Origin: Eledone cirrhosa
Taxonomy: Eukaryota
Assembly: GCA_964016885.1 (NCBI GenBank)
Contig: OZ024750.1
Location: forward strand, 21,762,001-21,826,000
DNA: 64,000 nucleotides
Direction of reading: 5' to 3'
Of the stretch, positions 42,954-56,600 are shown in pieces. Below the pieces are notes generated by a model. The model was not told the DNA's origin. It made no database searches and saw only the letters and a program-made list of their open reading frames with translations. Numbering within the stretch: the first letter of the stretch is position 1; every line of letters begins with the position of its first letter. Position numbers and translations under genes: made by a program.

Positions 42954-43101
42954 ATTATTTCTGAAGACGGCGTATATATGTGTTGGTATGTATATTTAAT
43001 CTTGATAATTTGTATAATTTTGTATAATTTTGTACATAGATCTGTTGAATATGCATACCAATTCTAACACATATATATCCTAGAAACGATCGTTAAATAA
43101 T
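42954..43101 (+). ncRNA. Type I hammerhead ribozyme motif (Penelope-type, palindromic stem III)
   Basis: Stem I ATTATTT/AAATAAT (7 bp); core CTGAAGA 42961-42967; long stem II (TATATATGTGTT/AACACATATATA and GGTATGTATATTTAA/TTGAATATGCATACC); GAAA 43083; C-GATC-G stem III; GUU triplet 43092-43094. The base of stem II is mismatched. Confidence 0.72.
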
Positions 43102-43149
43102 GAACTTTTTTTGTTTAATATAAGGAATTGTTTATTCATTATTTGTTTA

Positions 43150-43224
<75 letters not shown>

Positions 43225-43308
43225 TTGTTCTGTCCTACGCCATCTTGAAAACAAGATGGCGTATGACAGAACAAAGGAGAGGCACAGAAACAAAGAAAAG
43301 AATCCCCA

Positions 43309-43351
43309 GTCACTGAAGAGGTCACAGAATGTGTGACGAAAGAACTTTGAC
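43309..43351 (+). ncRNA. Minimal type I hammerhead ribozyme motif
   Basis: GTCA-CTGAAGA-G-GTCACA-gaatg-TGTGAC-GAAA-GAAC-TT-TGAC: 4-bp stem I, 6-bp stem II, near-palindromic AAGAACTT stem III. Confidence 0.62.
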
Positions 43352-43561
43352 AATATATAAACAAGCATCTGGTTGTGGAACCAACCAGCCAACCGGAAAT
43401 TTATAAATTCCTAAATTTAGAAATTTATTATAATAAATTGAAGTGAAATCAACTGGTGCGTGTCTTTCTTATTGGCAACATGACCCTCCCAAAATATAAC
43501 AATATCGGTTTCAACACACGTTTTCAGATAAAGAATCTTACTAAACAAATTCTGAAACGAA

Positions 43562-43635
<74 letters not shown>

Positions 43636-43712
43636 TTTATATAGTTAATTATGCTAATTGGGAGAGGAAATAGTATATATTTTATCTTGTGATTCTATAG
43701 ACATGTTTTATG

Positions 43713-43791
<79 letters not shown>

Positions 43792-43919
43792 TATTTATAT
43801 ATATGCGTGTGTGTGTCTGTGTGTGTGTGTGGAGTCGTAGAGGCACCGGCAAATGGCGTGTCTATGGCGGAGCCCAACCCTCTCCAGGTCTGAACACAGC
43901 CGATTTTTTTCTATAGAGG

Positions 43920-44005
43920 AAGAATGGGTCCCAGTACTGGACGGGTACTTTTTTAGCGACCTCGAAAGGATGAAAGGCAAAGTTGACCCCGGCGGGATTT
44001 GAACG
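43920..44005 (-). mobile_element. SINE family 1-related fragment
   Basis: gtactt.ttt.gcgacctcgaaaggatgaaaggcaaagttgaccccggcgggatttgaac. Confidence 0.7.
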
Positions 44006-44346
44006 CAAGTATAACAATATATATATATATACATGTGTGTGTGTGTGTATATATATATGTAGATATATATATATATATATATAATATATGTATATATATA
44101 TATGTATATATATATATAATATTCAAAATATTAATAAATGAGAAATACTTTCATAACCAAAGTATATATTTTATTATATATATTTTAAGGATACAGTGGT
44201 CTTTGAGTACGCTTTCATCAGATAAAACATAAGAGATTGGTTATTCGATATACCCCTAAGGTGCTGGTCCTTCAATCCCTATAGTGGTAGTAAGTGACTT
44301 CAACACTCAAAATTTATATACCACAAATAATATGTTAACTTAGAGA

Positions 44347-44455
<109 letters not shown>

Positions 44456-44469
44456 GAGATAGAGAGAGA

Positions 44470-44519
<50 letters not shown>

Positions 44520-44657
44520 GGAGGGAAAGTGACTTATATATGCATATATACATGCATACAAAAATACATACTTACATGTGTGTGTGTGTGTCTGTATGCG
44601 TGTTTTATTTATCGAAATTTTGTTTATGTGATTTTGTTAGCCTCTGTATATTGTCGT

Positions 44658-47600
44658 GTATGTGTTAGTATCCTATCACATGGCTGTATGTGTTAGTATC
44701 CTATCACATGGCTGTATGTGTTAGTATCCTATCACATGGCTGTATGTGTTAGTATCTTATCACATGGCTGTATGTGTTAGTATCCTATCACATGGCTGTA
44801 TGTGTTAGTATCCTATCACATGGCTGTATGTGTTAGTATCTTATCACATGGCTGTATGTGTTAGTATCCTATCACATGGCTGTATGTGTTAGTATCCTAT
44901 CACATGGCTGTATGTGTTAGTATCCTATCACATGGCTGTATGTGTTAGTATCCTATCGCATGGCTGTATGTGTTAGTATCCTATCACATGGCTGTATGTG
45001 TTAGTATCCTATCGCATGGCTGTATGTGTTAGTATCCTATCACATGGCTGTATGTGTTAGTATCCTATCACATGGCTGTATGTGTTAGTATCCTATCACA
45101 TGGCTGTATGTGTTAGTATCCTATCACATGGCTGTATGTGTTAGTATCCCATCACAAGTCTGTATGTGTTAGTATCCTATCACATGGCTGTATGTGTTAG
45201 TATCCTATCACATGGCTGTATGTGTTAGTATCCTATCACATGGCTGTATGTGTTAGTATCTTATCACATGGCTGTATGTGTTAGTATCCTATCACATGGC
45301 TGTATGTGTTAGTATCCTATCGCATGGCTGTATGTGTTAGTATCCTATCACATGTCTGTGTGTGTTAGTATCTTATCACATGGCTGTATGTGTTAGTATC
45401 CTATCACATGGCTGTATGTGTTAGTATCCTATCGCATGGCTGTATGTGTTAGTATCCTATCACATGGCTGTATGTGTTAGTATCCTATCACATGGCTGTA
45501 TGTGTTAGTATCCTATCACATGGCTGTATGTGTTAGTATCCTATCACATGGCTGTATATGTTAGTATCCTATCACATGGCTGTATGTGTTAATATCCTAT
45601 CACATGGCTGTGTGTGTGTTAATATCCTATCACATGGCTGTGTGTGTTAGTATCCTATCACATGGCTGTGTGTGTTAGTATCCTATCACATGGCTGTATG
45701 TGTTAGTATCCTATCACATGGTTGTATGTGTTAGTATCCTATCACATGGCTGTGTATGTGTTAGTATCCTATCACATGGCTGTGTATGTGTTAGTATCCT
45801 ATCACATGGCTGTATGTGTTAGTATCCTATCACATGGCTGTATGTGTTAGTATCCTATCACATGGCTGTGTGTTAGTATCCTATCACAAGTCTGTATGTG
45901 TTAGTATCCTATCACATGGCTGTATGTGTTAGTATCCTATCACATGGTTGTATGTGTTAGTATCCTATCACATGGCTGTGTATGTGTTAGTATCCTATCA
46001 CATGGCTGTGTGTGTGTTAGTATCCTATCAGATGGCTGTATGTGTTAGTATCCTATCACATGGCTGTATGTGTTAGTATCCTATCACATGGCTGTATGTG
46101 TTAGTATCCTATCACATGGCTGTGTATGTGTTAGTATCCTATCACATGGCTGTATGTGTTAGTATCCTATCACATGGCTGTGTGTGTTAGTATCCTATCA
46201 CATGGCTGTGTATGTGTTAGTATCCTATCACATGGCTGTAAGTGTTAGTATCCTATCACATGGCTGTATGTGTTAGTATCCTATCACATGGCTGTATGTG
46301 TTAGTATCCTATCACATGGCTGTATGTGTTAGTATCCTATCACATGGCTGTATGTGTTAGTATCCTATCACATGGCTGTATATGTTAGTATCCTATCACA
46401 TGGCTGTATGTGTTAATATCCTATCACATGGCTGTGTGTGTGTTAATATCCTATCACATGGCTGTGTGTGTTAGTATCCTATCACATGGCTGTGTGTGTT
46501 AGTATACTATCACATGGCTGTGTGTGTTAGTATCTTATCACATGGCTGTATGTGTTAGTATCCTATCACATGGCTGTGTATGTGTTAGTATCCTATCACA
46601 TGGTTGTATGTGTTAGTATCCTATCACATGGCTGTATGTGTTAGTATCCTATCACATGGCTGTATGTGTTAATATCTTATCACATGGCTGTATGTGTTAG
46701 TATCCTATCACATGGCTGTGTGTGTTAGTATCCTATCACATGGCTGTGTGTGTTAGTATCCTATCACATGGCTGTATGTGTTAGTATCCTATCACATGGC
46801 TGTATGTGTTAATATCTTATCACATGGCTGTATGTTTTAGTATCCTATCACATGGCTGTATGTGTTAGTATCCTATCAGATGGCTGTGTGTGTTAGTATC
46901 CTATCACATGGCTGTGTGTGTTAGTATCCTATCACATGGCTGTATGTGTTAGTATCCTATCACATGGCTGTATGTGTTAATATCTTATCACATGGCTGTA
47001 TGTGTTAGTATCCTATCACATGGCTGTATGTGTTAGTATCCTATCACATGGCTGTGTGTATTAGTATCCTATCACATGGTTGTATGTGTTAGTATACTAT
47101 CACATGGCTGTATGTGTTAGTATCCTATCACATGGCTGTGTATGTGTTAATATCCTATCACATGGCTGTATATGTGTTAGTATCCTGTCACATGGCAGTG
47201 TATGTCTTAGTATCCTATCACATGGCTGTATGTGTTAATATCCTATCACATGGCTGTATGTGTTACTATCCTATCACATGGCTGTATGTGTTAATATCCT
47301 ATCACATGGCTGTGTGTGTTAGTATCCTATCACATGGCTGTATATGTGTTAATATCCTATCACATGGCTGTATGTGTTAGTATCCTATCACATGGCTGTA
47401 TGTGTTAGTATCCTATTACATGGCTGTATGTGTTAGTATCCTATCACAAGGCTGTATGTGTTAGTATCCTATCACATGGCTGTATGTGTTAGTATCCTAT
47501 CACATGGATGTATATGTGTTAGTATCCTATCACATGGCTGTATATGTGTTAATATCCTACCACATGGCTGTATGTGTTAATATCCTATCACATGGCTGTA

Positions 47601-50600
47601 TGTGTTAATATCCTATGACATGGCTGTATGTGTTAATATCCTATCACATGGCTGTGTGCGTTAGTATCCTATCACGTGGCTGTTTATGTGTTAGTATCCT
47701 ATCACATGGCTGTATGTGATAATATCCTATCACATGGCTGTGTGAGTTAGTATCCTATCACATGTCTGTATATGTGTAAATATCCTATCACATGGATGTA
47801 TGTGTTAGTATCCTATCACATGGCTGTATGTGTTAGTATCCTATCACATGGCTGTATGTGTTAATATCCTATCACATGGCTGTATGTGTTAGTATCCTAT
47901 CACATGGCTGTATGTGTTAGTATCCTATCACATGGCTGTGTGTGTTAATATCCTATCACATGGCTGTGTCTGTTAGTATCCTATCACATGGCTGTATGTG
48001 TTAGTATCCTATCACATGGCTGTATGTGTTAGTATCCTATCACATGGCTGTGTATGTGTTAGTATCCTATCACATGGCTGTATGTGTTAGTATCCTATCA
48101 CATGGCTGTATGTTTTAGTATCCTACCACATGGCTGTATATGTTAGTATCCTATCACATGGCTGTATGTGTTAATATCCTATCACATGGCTGTGTGTGTG
48201 TTAATATCCTATCACATGGCTGTGTGTGTTAGTATCCTATCACATGGCTGTGTGTGTTAGTATCCTATCACATGGCTGTATGTGTTACTATCCTATCACA
48301 TGGCTGTATGTGTTAGTATCCTATCACATGGCTGTATGTGTTAGTATCCTATCACATGGATGTATATGTGTTAGTATCCTATCACATGGCTGTATATGTG
48401 TTAATATCCTATCACATGGCTGTATGTGTTAGTATCCTATCACATGGCTGTGTATGTGTTAGTATCCTATCACATGGCTGTATGTGTTAGTATCCTATCA
48501 CATGGCTGTATGTGTTAGTATCCTATCACATGGCTGTATATGTTAGTATCCTATCACATGGCTGTATGTGTTAATATCCTATCACATGGCTGTGTGTGTG
48601 TTAATATCCTATCACATGGCTGTGTGTGTTAGTATCCTATCACATGGCTGTGTGTGTTAGTATCCTATTACATGGATGTGTGTGTGTTAATATCCTATCA
48701 CATGGCTGTGTGTGTTAGTATCCTATCACATGGCTGTATGTGTTAGTATCCTATCACATGGATGTATATGTGTTAGTATCCTATCACATGGCTGTATATG
48801 TGTTAATATCCTACCACATGGCTGTATGTGTTAATATCCTATCACATGGCTGTATGTGTTAATATCCTATCACATGGCTGTGTGCGTTAGTATCCTATCA
48901 CGTGGCTGTTTATGTGTTAGTATCCTATCACATGGCTGTATGTGATAATATCCTATCACATGGCTGTGTGAGTTAGTATCCTATCACATGTCTGTATATG
49001 TGTAAATATCCTATCACATGGCTGTATGTGTTAGTATCCTATCACATGGCTGTATGTGTTAGTATCCTATCACATGGCTGTATGTGTTAATATCCTATCA
49101 CATGGCTGTATGTGTTAGTATCCTATCACATGGCTGTGTGTGTTAATATCCTATCACATGGCTGTGTGTGTTAGTATCCTATCACATGGCTGTATGTGTT
49201 AGTATCCTATCACATGGCTGTATGTGTTAGTATCCTATCACATGGCTGTGTATGTGTTAGTATCCTATCACATGGATGTATGTGTTAGTATCCTATCACA
49301 TGGCTGTATGTGTTAATATCCTATCACATGGCTGTGTGTGTTAGTATCCTATCACATGGCTGTGTGTGTTAGTATCCTATCACATGGCTGTATGTGTTAG
49401 TATCCTATCACATGGCTGTATGTGTTAATATCTTATCACATGGCTGTATGTGTTAGTATCCTATCACATGGCTGTGTGTGTTAATATCCTATCACATGGC
49501 TGTGTGTGTTAGTATCCTATCACATGGCTGTATGTGTTAGTATCCTATCACATGGCTGTGTATGTGTTAGTATCCTATCACATGGATGTATGTGTTAGTA
49601 TCCTATCACATGGCTGTATGTGTTAATATCCTATCACATGGCTGTGTGTGTTAGTATCCTATCACATGGCTGTGTGTGTGTTAATATCCTATCACATGGC
49701 TGTGTGTGTTAGTATCCTATCACATGGCTGTGTGTGTTAGTATCCTATCACATGGCTGTATGTGTTACTATCCTATCACATGGCTGTATGTGTTAGTATC
49801 CTATCACATGGCTGTATGTGTTAGTATCCTATCACATGGATGTATATGTGTTAGTATCCTATCACATGGCTGTATATGTGTTAATATCCTATCACATGGC
49901 TGTATGTGTTAGTATCCTATCACATGGCTGTGTATGTGTTAGTATCCTATCACATGGCTGTATGTGTTAGTATCCTATCACATGGCTGTATGTGTTAGTA
50001 TCCTATCACATGGCTGTATATGTTAGTATCCTATCACATGGCTGTATGTGTTAATATCCTATCACATGGCTGTGTGTGTGTTAATATCCTATCACATGGC
50101 TGTGTGTGTTAGTATCCTATCACATGGCTGTGTGTGTTAGTATCCTATTACATGGATGTGTGTGTGTTAATATCCTATCACATGGCTGTGTGTGTTAGTA
50201 TCCTATCACATGGCTGTATGTGTTAGTATCCTATCACATGGATGTATATGTGTTAGTATCCTATCACATGGCTGTATATGTGTTAATATCCTACCACATG
50301 GCTGTATGTGTTAATATCCTATCACATGGCTGTATGTGTTAATATCCTATCACATGGCTGTGTGCGTTAGTATCCTATCACGTGGCTGTTTATGTGTTAG
50401 TATCCTATCACATGGCTGTATGTGATAATATCCTATCACATGGCTGTGTGAGTTAGTATCCTATCACATGTCTGTATATGTGTAAATATCCTATCACATG
50501 GCTGTATGTGTTAGTATCCTATCACATGGCTGTATGTGTTAGTATCCTATCACATGGCTGTATGTGTTAATATCCTATCACATGGCTGTATGTGTTAGTA

Positions 50601-53600
50601 TCCTATCACATGGCTGTCTGTGTTAGTATCCTATCACATGGCTGTGTGTGTTAATATCCTATCACATGGCTGTGTGTGTTAGTATCCTATCACATGGCTG
50701 TATGTGTTAGTATCCTATCACATGGCTGTATGTGTTAGTATCCTATCACATGGCTGTGTATGTGTTAGTATCCTATCACATGGATGTATGTGTTAGTATC
50801 CTATCACATGGCTGTATGTGTTAGTATCCTATCACATGGCTGTATATGTTAGTATCCTATCACATGGCTGTATGTGTTAATATCCTATCACATGGCTGTG
50901 TGTGTGTTAATATCCTATCACATGGCTGTGTGTGTTAGTATCCTATCACATGGCTGTGTGTGTTAGTATCCTATCACATGGCTGTGTGTGTGTTAATATC
51001 CTATCACATGGCTGTCTATGTGTTAGTATCCTATCACATGGCTGTGTGTTAGTATCCTATCACATGGCTGTATGTGTTACTATCCTATCACATGGCTGTG
51101 TGTGTGTTAGTATCCTATTACATGGCTGTGTGTGTTAGTATCCTATCACATGGCTGTATGTGTTAATATCCTATCACATGGCTGTGTATGTGTTAGTATC
51201 CTATCACATGGCTGTGTGTGTGTTAGTATCCTATCACATGGCTGTGTGTGTTAGTATCCTATCACATGGCTGTATGTGTTAGTATCCTATCACATGGCTG
51301 TGTGTGTGTTAATATCCTATCACATGGCTGTGTGTGTGTTAGTATCCTATCACATGGCTGTATGTGTTAGTATCCTATCACATGGCTGTATGTGTTAGTA
51401 TCCTAACACATGGCTGTATGTGTTATTATCCTATCACATTGTTGTGTGTGTTAATATCCTAACACATGGCTGTATGTGTTATTATCCTATCACATGGCTG
51501 TATGTGTTAGTATCCTATCACATGGCTGTATGTGTTAGTATCCTATCACATGGCTGTGTGTGTGTTAGTATCCTATCACATGGCTGTGTGTGTGTTAGTA
51601 TCCTATCACATGGCTGTATGTGTTAATATCTTATCACATGGCTGTGTATGTGATAGTATCCTATCACATGGCTGTGTATGTGATAGTTTCCTATCACATG
51701 GCTCTGTGTGTGTTAGTATCCTATCACATGGCTGTATGTGTTAGTATCCTATCACATGGCTGTGTGTGTTAGTATCCTATTACATGGTTGTGTGTGTGTT
51801 AGTATCCTATCACATGGCTGTGTGTGTTAGTATCCTATTACATGGATGTGTGTGTGTTAATATCCTATCACATGGCTGTATGTGTTAGTATCCTATCACA
51901 TGGCTGTATGTGTTAGTATCCTATCACATGACTGTATGTGTTAGTATCCTATCACATGGCTGTGTGTGTTAGTATCCTATCACATGGCTGTATGTGTTAG
52001 TATCCTATCACATGGATGTATATGTGTTAGTATCCTATCACATGGCTGTATATGTGTTAATATCCTACCACATGGCTGTATGTGTTAATATCCTATCACA
52101 TGGCTGTATGTGTTAATATCCTATCACATGGCTGTGTGCGTTAGTATCCTATCACGTGGCTGTTTATGTGTTAGTATCCTATCACATGGCTGTATGTGAT
52201 AATATCCTATCACATGGCTGTGTGAGTTAGTATCCTATCACATGTCTGTATATGTGTAAATATCCTATCACATGGCTGTATGTGTTAGTATCCTATCACA
52301 TGGCTGTATGTGTTAGTATCCTATCACATGGCTGTATGTGTTAATATCCTATCACATGGCTGTATGTGTTAGTATCCTATCACATGGCTGTCTGTGTTAG
52401 TATCCTATCACATGGCTGTGTGTGTTAATATCCTATCACATGGCTGTGTGTGTTAGTATCCTATCACATGGCTGTATGTGTTAGTATCCTATCACATGGC
52501 TGTATGTGTTAGTATCCTATCACATGGCTGTGTATGTGTTAGTATCCTATCACATGGATGTATGTGTTAGTATCCTATCACATGGCTGTATGTGTTAGTA
52601 TCCTATCACATGGCTGTATATGTTAGTATCCTATCACATGGCTGTATGTGTTAATATCCTATCACATGGCTGTGTGTGTGTTAATATCCTATCACATGGC
52701 TGTGTGTGTTAGTATCCTATCACATGGCTGTGTGTGTTAGTATCCTATCACATGGCTGTGTGTGTGTTAATATCCTATCACATGGCTGTCTATGTGTTAG
52801 TATCCTATCACATGGCTGTGTGTTAGTATCCTATCACATGGCTGTATGTGTTACTATCCTATCACATGGCTGTGTGTGTGTTAGTATCCTATTACATGGC
52901 TGTGTGTGTTAGTATCCTATCACATGGCTGTATGTGTTAATATCCTATCACATGGCTGTGTATGTGTTAGTATCCTATCACATGGCTGTGTGTGTGTTAG
53001 TATCCTATCACATGGCTGTGTGTGTTAGTATCCTATCACATGGCTGTATGTGTTAGTATCCTATCACATGGCTGTGTGTGTGTTAATATCCTATCACATG
53101 GCTGTGTGTGTGTTAGTATCCTATCACATGGCTGTATGTGTTAGTATCCTATCACATGGCTGTATGTGTTAGTATCCTAACACATGGCTGTATGTGTTAT
53201 TATCCTATCACATTGTTGTGTGTGTTAATATCCTAACACATGGCTGTATGTGTTATTATCCTATCACATGGCTGTATGTGTTAGTATCCTATCACATGGC
53301 TGTATGTGTTAGTATCCTATCACATGGCTGTGTGTGTGTTAGTATCCTATCACATGGCTGTGTGTGTGTTAGTATCCTATCACATGGCTGTATGTGTTAA
53401 TATCTTATCACATGGCTGTGTATGTGATAGTATCCTATCACATGGCTGTGTATGTGATAGTATCCTATCACATGGCTCTGTGTGTGTTAGTATCCTATCA
53501 CATGGCTGTATGTGTTAGTATCCTATCACATGGCTGTGTGTGTTAGTATCCTATTACATGGTTGTGTGTGTGTTAGTATCCTATCACATGGCTGTGTGTG

Positions 53601-56600
53601 TTAGTATCCTATCACATGGCTGTGTGTGTTAGTATCCTATCACATGGCTGTGTGTGTTAGTATCCTATCACAAGGCTGTGCGTGGTAGTATCCTATCACA
53701 TGGCTGTGTGTCTTAGTATCCTATCACATGGCTGTGTATGTGTTAGTATCCTATCACATGGCTGTATGTGTTAGTATACTATCACATGGCTGTATGTGTT
53801 AGTATCCTATCACATGGCTGTGTGTGTGTTAGTATCCTATCACATCGCTGTGTGTGTGTTAGTATCCTATCACACGGCTGTGTTTGTTAGTATCCTATCA
53901 CATGGCTGTGTGTGTTAGTATCCTATCACATGGCTGTGTGTGGGAGTATCCTATCACATGGCTGTGTATGTGTTAGTATCTTATCACATGGCTGTATGTG
54001 TTAGTATCGTATCACATGGCTGTATGTGTTAGTATCCTATCACATGGCTGTATCTGTTAGTATCCTATCACATGGCTGTGTGTGTTAGTATCCTATCACA
54101 TGGCTGTGTATGTGTTAGTATCCTCTCACATGGCTGTATGTGTTAGTATCCTATCACATGGCTGTGTATGTGTTAGTATCTTATCACATGGCTGTATGTG
54201 TTAGTATCCTATAACATGACTGTGTATGTGTTAATATCTTATCACATGGCTATAAGTGTTAGTATCCTATCACATGGCTGTATGTGTTAGTATCCTATCA
54301 CATGGCTGTATGTGTTAGTATCCTATCACATGGCTGTGTATGTGTTAGTATCCTATCACATGGCTGTGTATGTGTTAATATCCTATCACATGGCTGTATG
54401 TGTTAGTATCCTAACACATGGCTGTATGTGTTAGTATCCTATCACATGGCTGTATGTGTTAACATCTTATCACATGGCTGTGTGTGGTAATATTCTATCA
54501 CATGGCTGTGTGTGTGTTAGTATCCTATCACATGGCTATATGTGTTAGTATCCTATCACATGGCTGTGTGTGGTAATATCCTATCACATGGCTGTGTGTG
54601 TGTTAGTATCCTATCACATGGCTATATGTGTTAATATCCTATCACATGGCTGTGTGTCTTAGTATCCTATCACATGGCTTTATGTGTTAATATCCTATCA
54701 CATGTCTGTGTGTGTTAGTATCCTATCACATGGCTGTATGTGTTAGTATCCTATCACATGGCTGTGTGTGTGTTAGTATCCTATCACATGGCTATGTATG
54801 TGTTAGTATCCTATCACATGGCTGTATGTGTTAGTATCCTATCATATGGCTGTATGTGTTAGTATCCTATCACATGGCTGTATGTGTTAGTATCCTATCA
54901 CATGGCTGTGTGTGTTAGTATCCTATCACATGGCTGTATGTGTTAGTATCCTATCACATGGCTGTATGTGTTAGTATCCTATCACATGGCTGTATGTGTT
55001 AATATCCTATCACATGGCTGTATGTGTTAGTATCCTATCATATGGCTGTGTGTGTTAGTATCCTATCACATGGCTGTATGTGTTAGTATTCTATCACATG
55101 GCTGTATGTGTTAGTATCCTATCACATGGCTGTATGTGTTAGTATCCTATCACATGGCTTTGTGTATTAATATCCTATCACATGGCTGTGTGTGTGTTAG
55201 TATCCTATCACATCGTTGTGTGTGTGTTAGTATCCTGTCACATGGCTGTGTGTGTTAGTATCCTATCACATGGCTGTGTGTGTTAGTATCCTATCACATG
55301 GCTGTGTGTCGGAGTATCCTATCACATGGCTGTGTGTGTTAGTATCCTATCACATGGCTGTGTATGTGTTAGTATCCTCTCACATGGCTGTATGTGTTAA
55401 TATCCTATCACATGGCTGTGTATGTGTTAATATCTTATCACATGGCTGTAAGTGTTAGTATCCTATCACATGGCTGTATGTGTTAGTATCCTATCACATG
55501 GCTGTATGTGTTAGTATCCTATCACATGGCTGTGTATGTGTTAGTATCCTATCACATGGCTGTGTATGTGTTAATATCCTATCACATGGCTGTATGTGTT
55601 AGTATCCTAACACATGGCTGTATGTGTTAGTATCCTATCACATGGCTGTATGTGTTAATATCTTATCACATGGCTGTGTGTGGTAATATCCTATCACATG
55701 GCTGTGTGTGTGTTAGTATCCTATCACATGGCTATATGTGTTAGTATCCTATCACATGGCTGTGTGTGGTAATATCCTATCACATGGCTGTGTGTGTGTT
55801 AGTATCCTATCACATGGCTATATGTGTTAATATCCTATCACATGGCTGTGTGTCTTAGTATCCTATCACATGGCTATATGTGTTAATATCCTATCACATG
55901 TCTGTGTGTGTTAGTATCCTATCACATGGCTGTATGTGTTAGTATCCTATCACATGGCTGTGTGTGTTAATATCCTATCACATGGCTGTGTATGTGTTAG
56001 TATCCTATCACATGGCTGTATGTGTTAGTATCCTATCACATGGCTGTGTGTGTTAGTATCCTATCACATGGCTGTATGTGTTAATATCCTATCACATGGC
56101 TGTATGTGTTAGTATCCTATCACATGGCTGTGTGTGTTAATATCCTAACACATGGCTGTATGTGTTAGTATCCTATCACATGGCTCTATGTGTTAGTATC
56201 CTATCACATGGCTGTGTGTGTTAGTATCCTATCACATGGCTGTATGTGTTAGTATCCTATCACATGGCTGTGTGTGTTAGTATCCTAACACATGGCTGTA
56301 TATGTGTTAGTATCCTATCACATGGCTGTATGTGTTAGTATCCTATCACATGGCTGTATATGTGTTAGTATCCTATCACATGGTTGTATGTGTTAGTATC
56401 CTATCACATGGCTGTATGTGTTAGTATCCTATCACATGGCTGTGTATGTGTTAGTATCCTATCACATGGCTGTATGTGTTAGTATCCTATCACATGGCTG
56501 TATGTGTTAGTATCCTATCACATGGCTGTATGTGTTAGTATCCTATCACATGGCTGTATGTGTTAACATCTTATCACATGGCTGTGTGTGGTAATATTCT

